The position numbers and the translations under genes were made by a program. A stretch of DNA of 64,000 nucleotides from positions 1,664,001 to 1,728,000 of the forward strand of contig CBDCWI010000001.1 of assembly GCA_965223325.1 (NCBI GenBank), read 5' to 3'. How positions within the stretch are numbered: the first letter of the stretch is position 1; each line of letters starts with the position of its first letter. Positions 1-10,489 of this stretch are shown here, piece by piece. This DNA is from Candidatus Multivoradales bacterium. GTDB lineage: Bacteria; Acidobacteriota; Thermoanaerobaculia; Multivoradales; Multivoraceae. The notes under the pieces are model-generated. The model had not been told where the DNA came from, ran no database searches, and saw only the letters and a list, made by a program, of their open reading frames with translations.

Positions 1-457
1 TACCAAAGGAAGAGCGACCCAGGCCAGAGCGACCCAGGCCGGAGCGACCCAGGGGAGAGCGACCGAAAGCCCGCGCCCCTTCGAGCCGCAACTGACTCAG
101 CTCCAGAACGTTGGCCTCTCCGAGGCTCACGATGCGCCCATCCGCCGGTGCGTTCACGGTGGTCATGGACTCGGTGCGCGTGTGATCGCAAGCGCTGGTA
201 TAGCCACCGCGAATCTCGAGGCTCCCTCCAATGGTGGCCGTATAGGTAGCGCCCCCCTCGAGCTCGAGCTCATCGAGCGGCTCGGCATCTTCGAGCGCTG
301 CTGCCAGTGTTGCGTAGTCACACCCCAGGCCAGATCCGACGGTGAGTACAGCCGCCACCCCCGGTCCTGCGCCGAGACCCCCTAGAACGAAGACGAGAGC
401 AGCGAGCCCGACGCAGGAAGTGAAACGGTTGGCGTTGGCACGGGGTGGGATCGGCAT
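1..457 (-). CDS. Secreted protein, partial (runs off left edge); N-terminus resembles pectin-lyase-like/beta-helix surface proteins
   Basis: Absent from ORF track. Manual translation from ATG at 457: MPIPPRANANRFTSCVGLAALVFVLGGLGAGPGVAAVLTVGSGLGCDYATLAAALEDAEP...; GGAGGT upstream, signal-peptide-like stretch, no stop before position 1. Confidence 0.7.
   Translation of the reverse strand, partial: MPIPPRANANRFTSCVGLAALVFVLGGLGAGPGVAAVLTVGSGLGCDYATLAAALEDAEPLDELELEGGATYTATIGGSLEIRGGYTSACDHTRTESMTTVNAPADGRIVSLGEANVLELSQLRLEGARAFGRSPLGRSGLGRSGLGRSSFG
11..70. repeat. Four tandem 15-bp units (AGAGCGACCCAGGCC consensus), encoding GRS-containing pentapeptides in the minus-strand ORF
   Basis: Units at 11, 26, 41 and 56 read directly. 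Confidence 0.85.
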
Positions 458-880
458 CGGCAGGAACCTCCAGTGAAGCAGGGAAAGTCGTACGTCGGAC
501 TCGGCGCAGATTCCACGATGGGGTCGCCCGGGAAGAGGTCCTGGGAGCCTCGGAGCGAGGGCCCCAATCGTGACCAAACCACGTGATCACGGGGAAGTCG
601 TCGTTTTCGAGCTCGCGACTCAGCACGCGAGAACCCTCTGACCCATTGCTCCCCCTGAGTGAGTGCAGAGTCCACCGCGGAGCTTCCGGCCGCCCGGCAC
701 CAAGAACGATGCCCGCCGGAGAAATCGAAACATCCGCACTCATAAATATATCATCCGACCGCCAGCGCGCAACCAAGGCAGCGACGTCGCCTCGGGGCTT
801 CGCCAGGGCCGACCCGCTCCTCAAGTGGGAAGGCAGGGCTACGACTGCGTTCAGGGATGGGCTGGCGCTAGACTGGTCGG

Positions 881-3781
881 GTGACCGGCCCCTTCGAACG
901 CTTTGCGGAGTTGGACGCGCTGCTCGAGCGGGTGCTTGGCCTCGAGCCCGCAAGCAGGCGAGCCTTCTTGGAAGGCATCCGAGGATCCGACGAGCCGCTG
1001 CACTCCGCGTTGCGAAGTCTGCTCCAGGGCAGTGCCCTGGGAACCCTTCCGGCGATTGAGTCCACCAACCGTCTCGAGACCCTAGAACGGGGTGACCTCG
1101 AAGAACTGCTCGAACTGGTCGGCAGGGAGCCCCAGGGTGTCGAGGTGGGCAGGCAGCTGGGACCGTACAAAGTCCGGTCCAGGCTTGGCGCCGGTGGAAT
1201 GGGCGAGGTCTATATGGCGACTGATACGCGCCTTGGACGAGAGGTTGCGATCAAGGTCTTGCCCTCGCGGATCCGAAGCAGCGCGGAGCTGCGCGCACGG
1301 TTCGAACGGGAAGCACGACTGATCTCTCGCCTGACTCACCCCAACATCTGCACCCTTCACGACATCGGTGAGGAAGACGGAGTCGCGTTCCTGGTGATGG
1401 AACGGCTGGTCGGCGAGACGTTGCAAGAGCGCCTTGCTGCCCAGGGCAAGTTGCGACCGCGTGAAGCGCTTCGAGTCGGAGCCGACACCGCGCGTGCCCT
1501 TGCCGCCGCCCATGCAGAGGGTGTCGTTCATCGTGATCTCAAACCCGGCAACTTGTTCCTCACCGAAACTGGCACGAAGCTCCTCGACTTCGGCCTGGCT
1601 CGCTCGGCGCGTGTGCCGCTCGAGTTCACTTCACAGTCTCCAACCGAGGACGAGGCTCTTACGGTAGAAGGAACCATCCTCGGCACGCTGCAGTACATGT
1701 CGCCGGAACAGGTCGAGGGACGCGAGGTCGATGCGCGAAGCGACATCTTCTCGCTTGGTTGTGTGTTGTACGAGATGTTGTGTGGCGAGCGCCCGTTCGA
1801 GGGCGAGACCCCGGCCCGACTGATCACCAGCATCTTGTCTCACGAACCTCAGAGAGTTTCACGGGCCGCCGATGACGTGTACCGGCAGCTGGACCCGCTG
1901 GTCGCCACCTGCCTTTCGAAACGGCCAGAGGAGCGATGGCAGTCGGCGGCCGACCTGGCGCGGCAACTCGAGTTCACGCTCGACTTCCATGACGGAGAGC
2001 AAGACCGGCGCCCGCAGCCAGAAGGTGCTGCGGCGCGCTCCGACCGCCGATCCCACGGTTGGTGGACGACGGGACTCGTTGCAGTGGCGAGCGGCCTCGC
2101 GGTTCTCTTGGGCACGCTCCTCTGGCCGGGCACCGCCAAGGAAGCTGGAACACCAATGGTCTTCGACCTCGAAGTGGATCTCGGCGACGGAGTCGACGAC
2201 CGCTTCCCGGCCTTTGCGATTTCGCCCGACGGCACCCGGGTTGTCGCTCGTCGACAAGCAGGTCTTTTGGGGCAGCTCTACATCCGGCATCTCGATCGCC
2301 CGGGGTGGGAACCCATTGGGCCGGACGATGTCTTTGGCGAGGTGGTGTTCTCGCCCGATGGAGAGTGGTTGCTGACGGGTCTGGGATTCGCCAATCAGCT
2401 GGTCAAGATCCCCGTAGCGGGCGGTCCGACAGTCACTCTCAGGGATGGGCGGGACCTCATGTGGGCCTCATGGCAACATCCTCACGAGATTCTGGTCTCC
2501 GGCTATGGGCAGCCGGTGGTTCGTCTCTCGCCGCAGGGGGAAATCCTGGAGGAAGTCACCGAGCTCGGCGACGATCTCGCTCACCAGGATCCGCAGCTGC
2601 TACCCGGCGGCGACGCCCTGCTCTTTCGTCGCGGGTTCGGAGGGAGGCGCTCGATTGTGGTCAAAGATCTGGCCAGTGGCATCGAGAACACCCTTCTAGA
2701 AGACGCCCGGATTCCGCGACTCGTCCGGGATCGGATCCTGCTCTTCGAGCGCGACGGCACCTTGTGGGCCCAGGAGTTTGACACCAGGTCGCGCTCTCTC
2801 AAGGGTGAGCCAGTGGCCGCGCTCACCGACATTGCCATCGGCGGCAACAACGGAGCCCAGTTCGACGTCTCCAGGACCGGCACGCTGGTCTACCTGCCGC
2901 ACTACGAGCCTACCTATGGCCTCAGCCTGCGGGCTCGTGATGGCCGGCACCTCGAGACCTTCGCGGACATGAACGACACTCGAGAGCTGCGCCTGTCATC
3001 CGACCAGCGGTCCCTGGCGTTCGTTAGGGACTCTGGTGGGACACGTCCTGACGTCTGGGTTCGCGATGTCGAGTCCGGCGTGTCGACGCGTGTGACGACG
3101 ACCGGTGGCGGAGACCCAATGTGGCATCCTGCCGCCGGGAAACTGACGCATATCCAGCTCAAGGACGATCGATGGCGTAGCTACCTGGTCGACCTCACAA
3201 CCTTCGAGACAGAGCAGTTCTACGAGCAGGAGACGTTCCACTATCTGATGGGCTGGGGCAGCAACGACTTCGTTGTCATCGAAGAACCAGGTGCTGGCCA
3301 GGGGCGGGATGTCACACTGCTCGACCCGCAAAGGAAGAAGGTCGAGCTCGCCAACACCGAACACGACGAACGGGACCCCGCCATGTCCTATGACGGACGG
3401 TTCGTGGCCTACTGCTCCAACCTGGCCGGCACGGTAGACGTCTACCTGGCACCGGTGGCCGCCCCCTTGGAAAAGAAACGGGTCACCACCCACGGTGGAA
3501 GCCAGCCGAGGTTCTCGATCCCAGCTCCGGGTGAGCCGCTCGAACTGTTCTTTGTCACCCCGGATGGTTTTCTGAACGCAACGACGCTTCTCGACGAAAA
3601 GGGTAACCACAGTCCACCTGAGAAACTGTTCGCCGTCCCGTTCGCCACAGGTCCGTACGCTCGTTACGAGGTCGCCCCCAACGGCGGCTTCTTCGTGACG
3701 GAGGGTCGGGAGGAGGACTTCGTGCCGAATCTCCGAGTCGTTCTCAATTGGGTGGACCATCTCGAGACCCTGGTCAACTGA
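881..3781 (+). CDS. Hanks-type Ser/Thr protein kinase with TM segment and C-terminal TolB/PD40-like beta-propeller
   Basis: GAGGMGEVY, VAIK, HRDLKPGN, DFGLA, YMSPEQ; TM helix; SPDG repeats. Confidence 0.93.
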   Translation: MTGPFERFAELDALLERVLGLEPASRRAFLEGIRGSDEPLHSALRSLLQGSALGTLPAIESTNRLETLERGDLEELLELVGREPQGVEVGRQLGPYKVRSRLGAGGMGEVYMATDTRLGREVAIKVLPSRIRSSAELRARFEREARLISRLTHPNICTLHDIGEEDGVAFLVMERLVGETLQERLAAQGKLRPREALRVGADTARALAAAHAEGVVHRDLKPGNLFLTETGTKLLDFGLARSARVPLEFTSQSPTEDEALTVEGTILGTLQYMSPEQVEGREVDARSDIFSLGCVLYEMLCGERPFEGETPARLITSILSHEPQRVSRAADDVYRQLDPLVATCLSKRPEERWQSAADLARQLEFTLDFHDGEQDRRPQPEGAAARSDRRSHGWWTTGLVAVASGLAVLLGTLLWPGTAKEAGTPMVFDLEVDLGDGVDDRFPAFAISPDGTRVVARRQAGLLGQLYIRHLDRPGWEPIGPDDVFGEVVFSPDGEWLLTGLGFANQLVKIPVAGGPTVTLRDGRDLMWASWQHPHEILVSGYGQPVVRLSPQGEILEEVTELGDDLAHQDPQLLPGGDALLFRRGFGGRRSIVVKDLASGIENTLLEDARIPRLVRDRILLFERDGTLWAQEFDTRSRSLKGEPVAALTDIAIGGNNGAQFDVSRTGTLVYLPHYEPTYGLSLRARDGRHLETFADMNDTRELRLSSDQRSLAFVRDSGGTRPDVWVRDVESGVSTRVTTTGGGDPMWHPAAGKLTHIQLKDDRWRSYLVDLTTFETEQFYEQETFHYLMGWGSNDFVVIEEPGAGQGRDVTLLDPQRKKVELANTEHDERDPAMSYDGRFVAYCSNLAGTVDVYLAPVAAPLEKKRVTTHGGSQPRFSIPAPGEPLELFFVTPDGFLNATTLLDEKGNHSPPEKLFAVPFATGPYARYEVAPNGGFFVTEGREEDFVPNLRVVLNWVDHLETLVN

Positions 3782-3951
3782 GGACTTGGCCACCGGCGCG
3801 AGACCGCTGTCGTACAGGACGCGGTGGCACGGTTCTCCGCCCACCGATCAAAACCGCCGCACCTGCCACGCGCCTCGGTGCTCGTGGACCAGCGAGCTAC
3901 GTCGTAGAGACGCCCTCGCCGGGAAACGAATCAACCGGATCCTTGCCGAGA

Positions 3952-5580
<1,629 letters not shown>

Positions 5581-5616
5581 GACGGTTCTCACTTTGCTTC
5601 TACTGAATCGGAGGGG

Positions 5617-6621
5617 CTAGGAGACTTCTTTGGCTTCCATGAAGGGCATCATCGCGCGCAGCCTGCGGCCGACGCTTTCGATCCCGTGGTCGAGCTCGCG
5701 GTCGCGGCGGGCGTTGAAGGTTGGCCGGCCGGCGCGGTTCTCTTCGATCCACAACTTGGCGTAGGTGCCGTCCTGGATGTCCTTCAAGGTCTTGTCGATC
5801 ACCGCCCGCACCTCGTTGGTGATGATCTGGTCGCCAGCGTGGTAGCCACCATGCTCGGCGGTGTCGGAGACCGAGTACCACATGCGCGACAGACCGCCTT
5901 CGTACATCAGGTCGACGATCAACTTGAGCTCGTGTAGGCACTCGAAGTAGGCGACCTCGGGCTGATAGCCGGCTTCAACGAGCTTCTCGAAACCAGCCCG
6001 CACCAGCGCCGCTGCCCCCCCGCACAGAACAACCTGTTCGCCGAACAAGTCGGTTTCGGTTTCTTCGGCAAAGGTCGTCTCAATGACTCCGGCGCGCGTG
6101 CAGCCGATACCTTTGGCGTAGGCGAGGGCGTTCTGGAGCGCCTCGCCCGAGGCGTCCTGATGAACCGCAACCAGGCCCGGGGTACCGGCGCCGTCGACGA
6201 ACACCTCGCGCACACGATGGCCAGGCGACTTCGGCGCCACCAGCGAAACGTCGACCGATTCGGGCGCCTCGATCTCTCCGTAGCGCACGTTGAACCCGTG
6301 CCCGAACATCAGCGTATTGCCCGCTTCGAGATTGGGCTCGATCGACTCTTTGTAGATCTCCGCCTGCATCGTGTCTGGTGCCAACAGCATGACGATCTGT
6401 GCGCGGCGGGCCGCGTCGGCCACATCGGTGACTTCGAAACCATCGGCCTCGGCGGCGGCACGGCTCTTGGAGCCCTCGTGCAAGCCGACGATGACGGTGG
6501 CGCCGCTGTCTTTCAGGTTCAGGGCATGGGCGTGCCCTTGACTGCCGTAGCCAATGACCGCGATGGTCTTGCCATCGAGCCTCGCCAGGTCGGCGTCGTC
6601 GTCGTAGTAGAGGGTTGCCAT
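5617..6621 (-). CDS. ilvC: Ketol-acid reductoisomerase
   Basis: [26 protein letters not shown]. Confidence 0.97.
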   Translation of the reverse strand: MATLYYDDDADLARLDGKTIAVIGYGSQGHAHALNLKDSGATVIVGLHEGSKSRAAAEADGFEVTDVADAARRAQIVMLLAPDTMQAEIYKESIEPNLEAGNTLMFGHGFNVRYGEIEAPESVDVSLVAPKSPGHRVREVFVDGAGTPGLVAVHQDASGEALQNALAYAKGIGCTRAGVIETTFAEETETDLFGEQVVLCGGAAALVRAGFEKLVEAGYQPEVAYFECLHELKLIVDLMYEGGLSRMWYSVSDTAEHGGYHAGDQIITNEVRAVIDKTLKDIQDGTYAKLWIEENRAGRPTFNARRDRELDHGIESVGRRLRAMMPFMEAKEVS

Positions 6622-7193
6622 CAGAGTACGCTCCTGCGGCTGCCGGCCAGAACGCGCTGGGGCTGGTAGCCGTTGTCTTCGAGTGTGTGGCTACCGCGGC
6701 CCATCGCCACGACGCCGGTACGAACCATTTCAACGATTTTGTAGGGCCTCAGAACCTCGGTGAAGTTCTCGATCTTCTCTTCGTTGCCGGTGAGTTCGAG
6801 AATCATCGACTCGCTCGACACGTCAACGATGCGAGCGCGAAAGATGTCACAAAGCTGAGTGATCTCGCGACGCTCGTCGGGAGTGGCTTCGAGCTTGATC
6901 AGCGCCAGATCACGAACCACCGCCGGAACATCGGAGAGGTGCTCGACCTGGATGACGTTTTTCATCTTGTAGAGGTTCTTCTCGACGCGCTCGGCCTCTT
7001 CGAGGGTGCCTTCCATCACCATGGTGATGCGCGAGTAGTCGTCGCTCTGGGTGCGGCCGACGGTCAGGCTGTCGATGTTGAAGGCGCGGCGGCGAAAGAG
7101 ATTCGCCACTCGCACGAGCACCCCGGGCTGGTTCTCGACCAGAGCGGTGATGGTGTGCTTCTTGGTCATTGCGGCAGCGCGTTCACTATTCAT
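6621..7193 (-). CDS. ilvN: Acetolactate synthase small (regulatory) subunit
   Basis: ENQPGVL ACT domain, FNIDSL, EMVRTG; ATGA overlap with ilvB. Confidence 0.95.
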   Translation of the reverse strand: MNSERAAAMTKKHTITALVENQPGVLVRVANLFRRRAFNIDSLTVGRTQSDDYSRITMVMEGTLEEAERVEKNLYKMKNVIQVEHLSDVPAVVRDLALIKLEATPDERREITQLCDIFRARIVDVSSESMILELTGNEEKIENFTEVLRPYKIVEMVRTGVVAMGRGSHTLEDNGYQPQRVLAGSRRSVL

Positions 7194-8986
7194 GACGAAG
7201 CTCCTGCCTTCTCGGCTGGCTCAGTCGCATCAACCGCCGGTTCTTGAGCTTTAGAAGCCGCACTCTCGCCGCCTCGCGGGCGCCGAATCATGTCTTCGAG
7301 GTTGGCGCCCGACGGCACCATCGGGTAAACGACGTCTTCCTTGTGAACCACGAACTCGACCACCACCGGCCCGTCTTCGATTGCCTCCGCCCACAGCACT
7401 GCATCTTCGACCTCGGTGCGTGCCTCGACGCGCCGGGTGGGGATTCCGTAGGCCTCGGCCAACTTGCAGAAGTCGGGACTGATCATCGGTGTGGCGTAGT
7501 AGCGCTCGTCGTAGAAGAACTCCTGCCACTGCCTGACCATGCCTAGAAAACCGTTGTTGATGATCGCGATCTTGACGTTGACCTTCTCTTGAACAGCGGT
7601 CGCGAGCTCCATCATGGTCATCTGAAAGCCCCCGTCACCTACGATCGCCCACACGTTCTCATGAGGGCAGCCCATCTTGGCGCCGATCGCCGCCGGAAAG
7701 CCGAACCCCATGGTGCCGAGGCCGCCGCTGGTGATCAGGGTACGCGGGCGGGCGTGCTGGTAGTACTGCGCCTCCCACATTTGATGCTGGCCGACGTCGG
7801 TCACCGTGACCGCTTCGCCACCCGTGATGCGGCAGAGATCGAGAATCACCTGACCCGCCAACAGTCTGTCGTCGCGGTCGCCGGGCACTGGCTCGCCCAC
7901 CGGGCGAATGTGCTCACGATCCTCCGAGTCGGTGCGCCAGGTGGTGAGCCGCTCGGTCCACTCGGCGCTATCTTCGCGCTCGAGCCCCGGCAAGAGCTGC
8001 GTGAGAACCGCTTTGAGATCGCCCACGATACCGACGTCGACCGGTACGTTCTTGTTGATCTCGGAAGGGTCGATGTCGACGTGGATCTTGCGCGATCCAC
8101 GGGCATAGGTCTTGAGGTTGCCGGTCACTCGATCGTCGAACCGCATACCGAAAGCCAGCAGCAGGTCGGCTTCCTGAATCGCTCGATTGACGTGGTAACC
8201 GCCATGCATACCCATCATGCCGAGACACAACGGGTGATGTTCAGAAATGCACCCCTTGCCGAGCAATGTGAGCGCGATCGGCACGTTGGCCTTCTCTGCA
8301 AACTCGCGCAGCTCGTTCATCGCATGGGCCTTGATCACTCCCTGGCCGGCGAGAATCAGCGGCCGCTTGGATTCAGAAACCAGCTCGAGAGCATTGGCGA
8401 CCTGGCTGTCTTCGGCGGTGGCCTGCGGGCGATAGCCGGGCAGGCGGACCGGTTCTTGGGGCCAGACGAAATCGCAGGTGGCGTTCTGGACGTCCTTGGG
8501 GATATCAATCAGCACCGGCCCCGGACGGCCGGTTCTCGCAATGTGGAAGGCCTCTTTGAAAGTCGGCGCCAGGTCCTCGATATGAGTGACCAGGTAGTTG
8601 TGCTTGGTGATTGGCAGCGTGATGCCGCTGATGTCGGTTTCCTGGAAGGCATCGGAACCGATCGCCGCCACCGGCACCTGGCCGGTGATGGCCACGATTG
8701 GAGCCGAATCCATCATCGCCGTCGCCAGGCCAGTGACCAGGTTGGTGGCGCCGGGCCCGCTGGTGGCGATCACCACACCGACCTTGCCGGTCGCACGGGC
8801 GTAGCCGTCGGCCATGTGCGAGGCACCCTGCTCGTGGCGCGTCAACACATGGTGCAGCTGCGGGTAGCGGGTGAGCGCGTCGTAGGTCGGAAGGATGGCG
8901 CCGCCGGGATAACCAAAGAGAAGGTCGACGCCCTCCTCGAGGAGGCACTCGCAGACGATCTCGGCACCGGTGATGTGCTTGGGCAT
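7190..8986 (-). CDS. ilvB: Acetolactate synthase large subunit
   Basis: FGYPGGAIL, RHEQGA, TSGPGATN, GDGGFQM TPP-binding motif. Confidence 0.96.
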   Translation of the reverse strand: MPKHITGAEIVCECLLEEGVDLLFGYPGGAILPTYDALTRYPQLHHVLTRHEQGASHMADGYARATGKVGVVIATSGPGATNLVTGLATAMMDSAPIVAITGQVPVAAIGSDAFQETDISGITLPITKHNYLVTHIEDLAPTFKEAFHIARTGRPGPVLIDIPKDVQNATCDFVWPQEPVRLPGYRPQATAEDSQVANALELVSESKRPLILAGQGVIKAHAMNELREFAEKANVPIALTLLGKGCISEHHPLCLGMMGMHGGYHVNRAIQEADLLLAFGMRFDDRVTGNLKTYARGSRKIHVDIDPSEINKNVPVDVGIVGDLKAVLTQLLPGLEREDSAEWTERLTTWRTDSEDREHIRPVGEPVPGDRDDRLLAGQVILDLCRITGGEAVTVTDVGQHQMWEAQYYQHARPRTLITSGGLGTMGFGFPAAIGAKMGCPHENVWAIVGDGGFQMTMMELATAVQEKVNVKIAIINNGFLGMVRQWQEFFYDERYYATPMISPDFCKLAEAYGIPTRRVEARTEVEDAVLWAEAIEDGPVVVEFVVHKEDVVYPMVPSGANLEDMIRRPRGGESAASKAQEPAVDATEPAEKAGASS

Positions 8987-9023
8987 GACAGTCGTTTCCT
9001 TCCGCTCCGGCCAGTACCTCCTC

Positions 9024-9974
9024 CTACGAGGTGGCAGCGGCCTCCATGGCGGGCACGTGAGTCAGCCAGCCGTACTTGTCTTCGGAGCGCCCCTCGACCA
9101 GGTCGAAGAACACCTTCTGCAAACTTTCGGTCACCGGCCCACGGGTGCCTTTTCCAATCGGTAGACGATCGACCGAACGAATCGCCGAGATCTCGGCCGC
9201 GGTCCCCGTCATGAACATCTCGTCGCCGAGGTAGAGCATGTCGCGGCTGATCGGCGCGAAGGTCACCGTGTAGCCGAGATCGCGCGCCAAGGTGATGACG
9301 GTGTCGCGGGTGATGCCGGCGAGAATCGACGAAGCGATGCCCGGCGTGATGATCTCGTCGCCCAACACCAGGAAGATGTTCTCGCCGGCACCCTCGGTGA
9401 TGTTGCCGTGCTCGTCGAGCAGGATGCCTTCGGCGAAACCGTTCTGGCGCGCCTCGATCGACACGAACTGGCTGGTGACGTACTGGCCGGCAATCTTGCC
9501 GAGCGGCGAGGCGGTGCCGGCATCGAAACGTCGCCAGGAACTGATGGCGACGTCGACTCCCTGCTCGATCGCCTCCTCACCCAGATAACGACCCCACTTG
9601 ACCGCGAACGACATCACTTCGACTGGAGTGTCGAGCGGGTTCAGACCCAGGGTGCCGCCGCCACGGAAAACCAGCGGCCGGATGTAGCAGGAGTCGAGAT
9701 TGTTGCGCGACACCGACTCGATGCAGATCTGTTCGAGCCGTTCCTGGGGATACTCGTCGAGCTCCATGCGCAGGATGCGACTCGAGTCGATGAGCCGCTC
9801 GACATGGGCGCCGAGGCGGAAGATCGCCGGGCCCTCCGCGGTCGAATAGGCGCGAATGCCTTCGAATGCCGCCGAGCCGTAGTGAAGTGCGTGGGTGGTG
9901 ACGTGGACGTTGGCGTCGTCCCAGGCTTTCCACTCACCGTTGAGGAAGATCCAGTCGGTCTTCTCGAGTGCCAT
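9024..9974 (-). CDS. ilvE: Branched-chain amino acid aminotransferase
   Basis: HALHYGSAAFEGIRAY, EGAGENIF, ILAGITR, TGTAAEI. Confidence 0.96.
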   Translation of the reverse strand: MALEKTDWIFLNGEWKAWDDANVHVTTHALHYGSAAFEGIRAYSTAEGPAIFRLGAHVERLIDSSRILRMELDEYPQERLEQICIESVSRNNLDSCYIRPLVFRGGGTLGLNPLDTPVEVMSFAVKWGRYLGEEAIEQGVDVAISSWRRFDAGTASPLGKIAGQYVTSQFVSIEARQNGFAEGILLDEHGNITEGAGENIFLVLGDEIITPGIASSILAGITRDTVITLARDLGYTVTFAPISRDMLYLGDEMFMTGTAAEISAIRSVDRLPIGKGTRGPVTESLQKVFFDLVEGRSEDKYGWLTHVPAMEAAATS

Positions 9975-10106
9975 TTCTGTCTCCGTTTCTTTTCTCTTCG
10001 CTTCTCTTCGCTGCGGCAGCACGGGAGTTCGGCGCCGTGAGCGGTAAGAGGGTTTAGCGCGTGTTGTGTCTCTAGTGTTCGAAGGGCGCCGCCTTGCGAC
10101 CCCCTG

Positions 10107-10139
10107 AAAATCAAAAACCCCCAGCGATCTGCTGGGGGC
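10107..10139 (-). terminator. Attenuator terminator of the ilv-leu leader
   Basis: Minus strand GCCCCCAGC-AGATC-GCTGGGGGT followed by TTTTGATTTT. Confidence 0.88.
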
Positions 10140-10169
10140 TTCGTACGATTACCATCTCCGGAGAGTGCC

Positions 10170-10346
10170 TTACGAAGCCCCTGGCGGCTGAATGCCAAGA
10201 AGACCGACGAGGGCAAGAACGCCGACGACTGCCTGGCCAGCCAGAAGAACTCCACCCTTCTTCTGGGAGCTGGCACCGGCATCGGACAGCACGCCCGGGA
10301 GACCGGCTAGCTGTCTTCTGTCGGCAGGAGAGGAGGTCTTGACCAT
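10170..10346 (-). CDS. Putative Leu/Val/Ile-rich leader peptide of the ilvE-ilvBN-ilvC-leuA operon (58 aa)
   Basis: MVKTSS...GVLLAGQAVVGVLALVGLLGIQPPGAS*; stop overlaps the antiterminator arm 10171-10181. Confidence 0.75.
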   Translation of the reverse strand: MVKTSSPADRRQLAGLPGVLSDAGASSQKKGGVLLAGQAVVGVLALVGLLGIQPPGAS

Positions 10347-10354
10347 GACGGGCG

Positions 10355-10384
10355 AGTGTATCTGCGCGCCAGAAGTCAGGTCAA
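10355..10384 (-). promoter_or_regulatory. Sigma70-like promoter for the ilv-leu leader
   Basis: TTGACC-N18-TACACT, 8 nt before the leader ATG. Confidence 0.6.
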
Positions 10385-10489
10385 CCGCCGCCTCTCGTCC
10401 CTCGACTCCCAACGCGCAATCGCCGATCGCAGGAAGCGGCCCTACCCAATGGGGGGAGGCGGGCGCTATCATCCCTTTCCCCTACCCTC

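Noticed and set aside
881-3781. Kinase-propeller fusion as a novelty
   Set aside because: A common expanded architecture in Acidobacteriota-like genomes.
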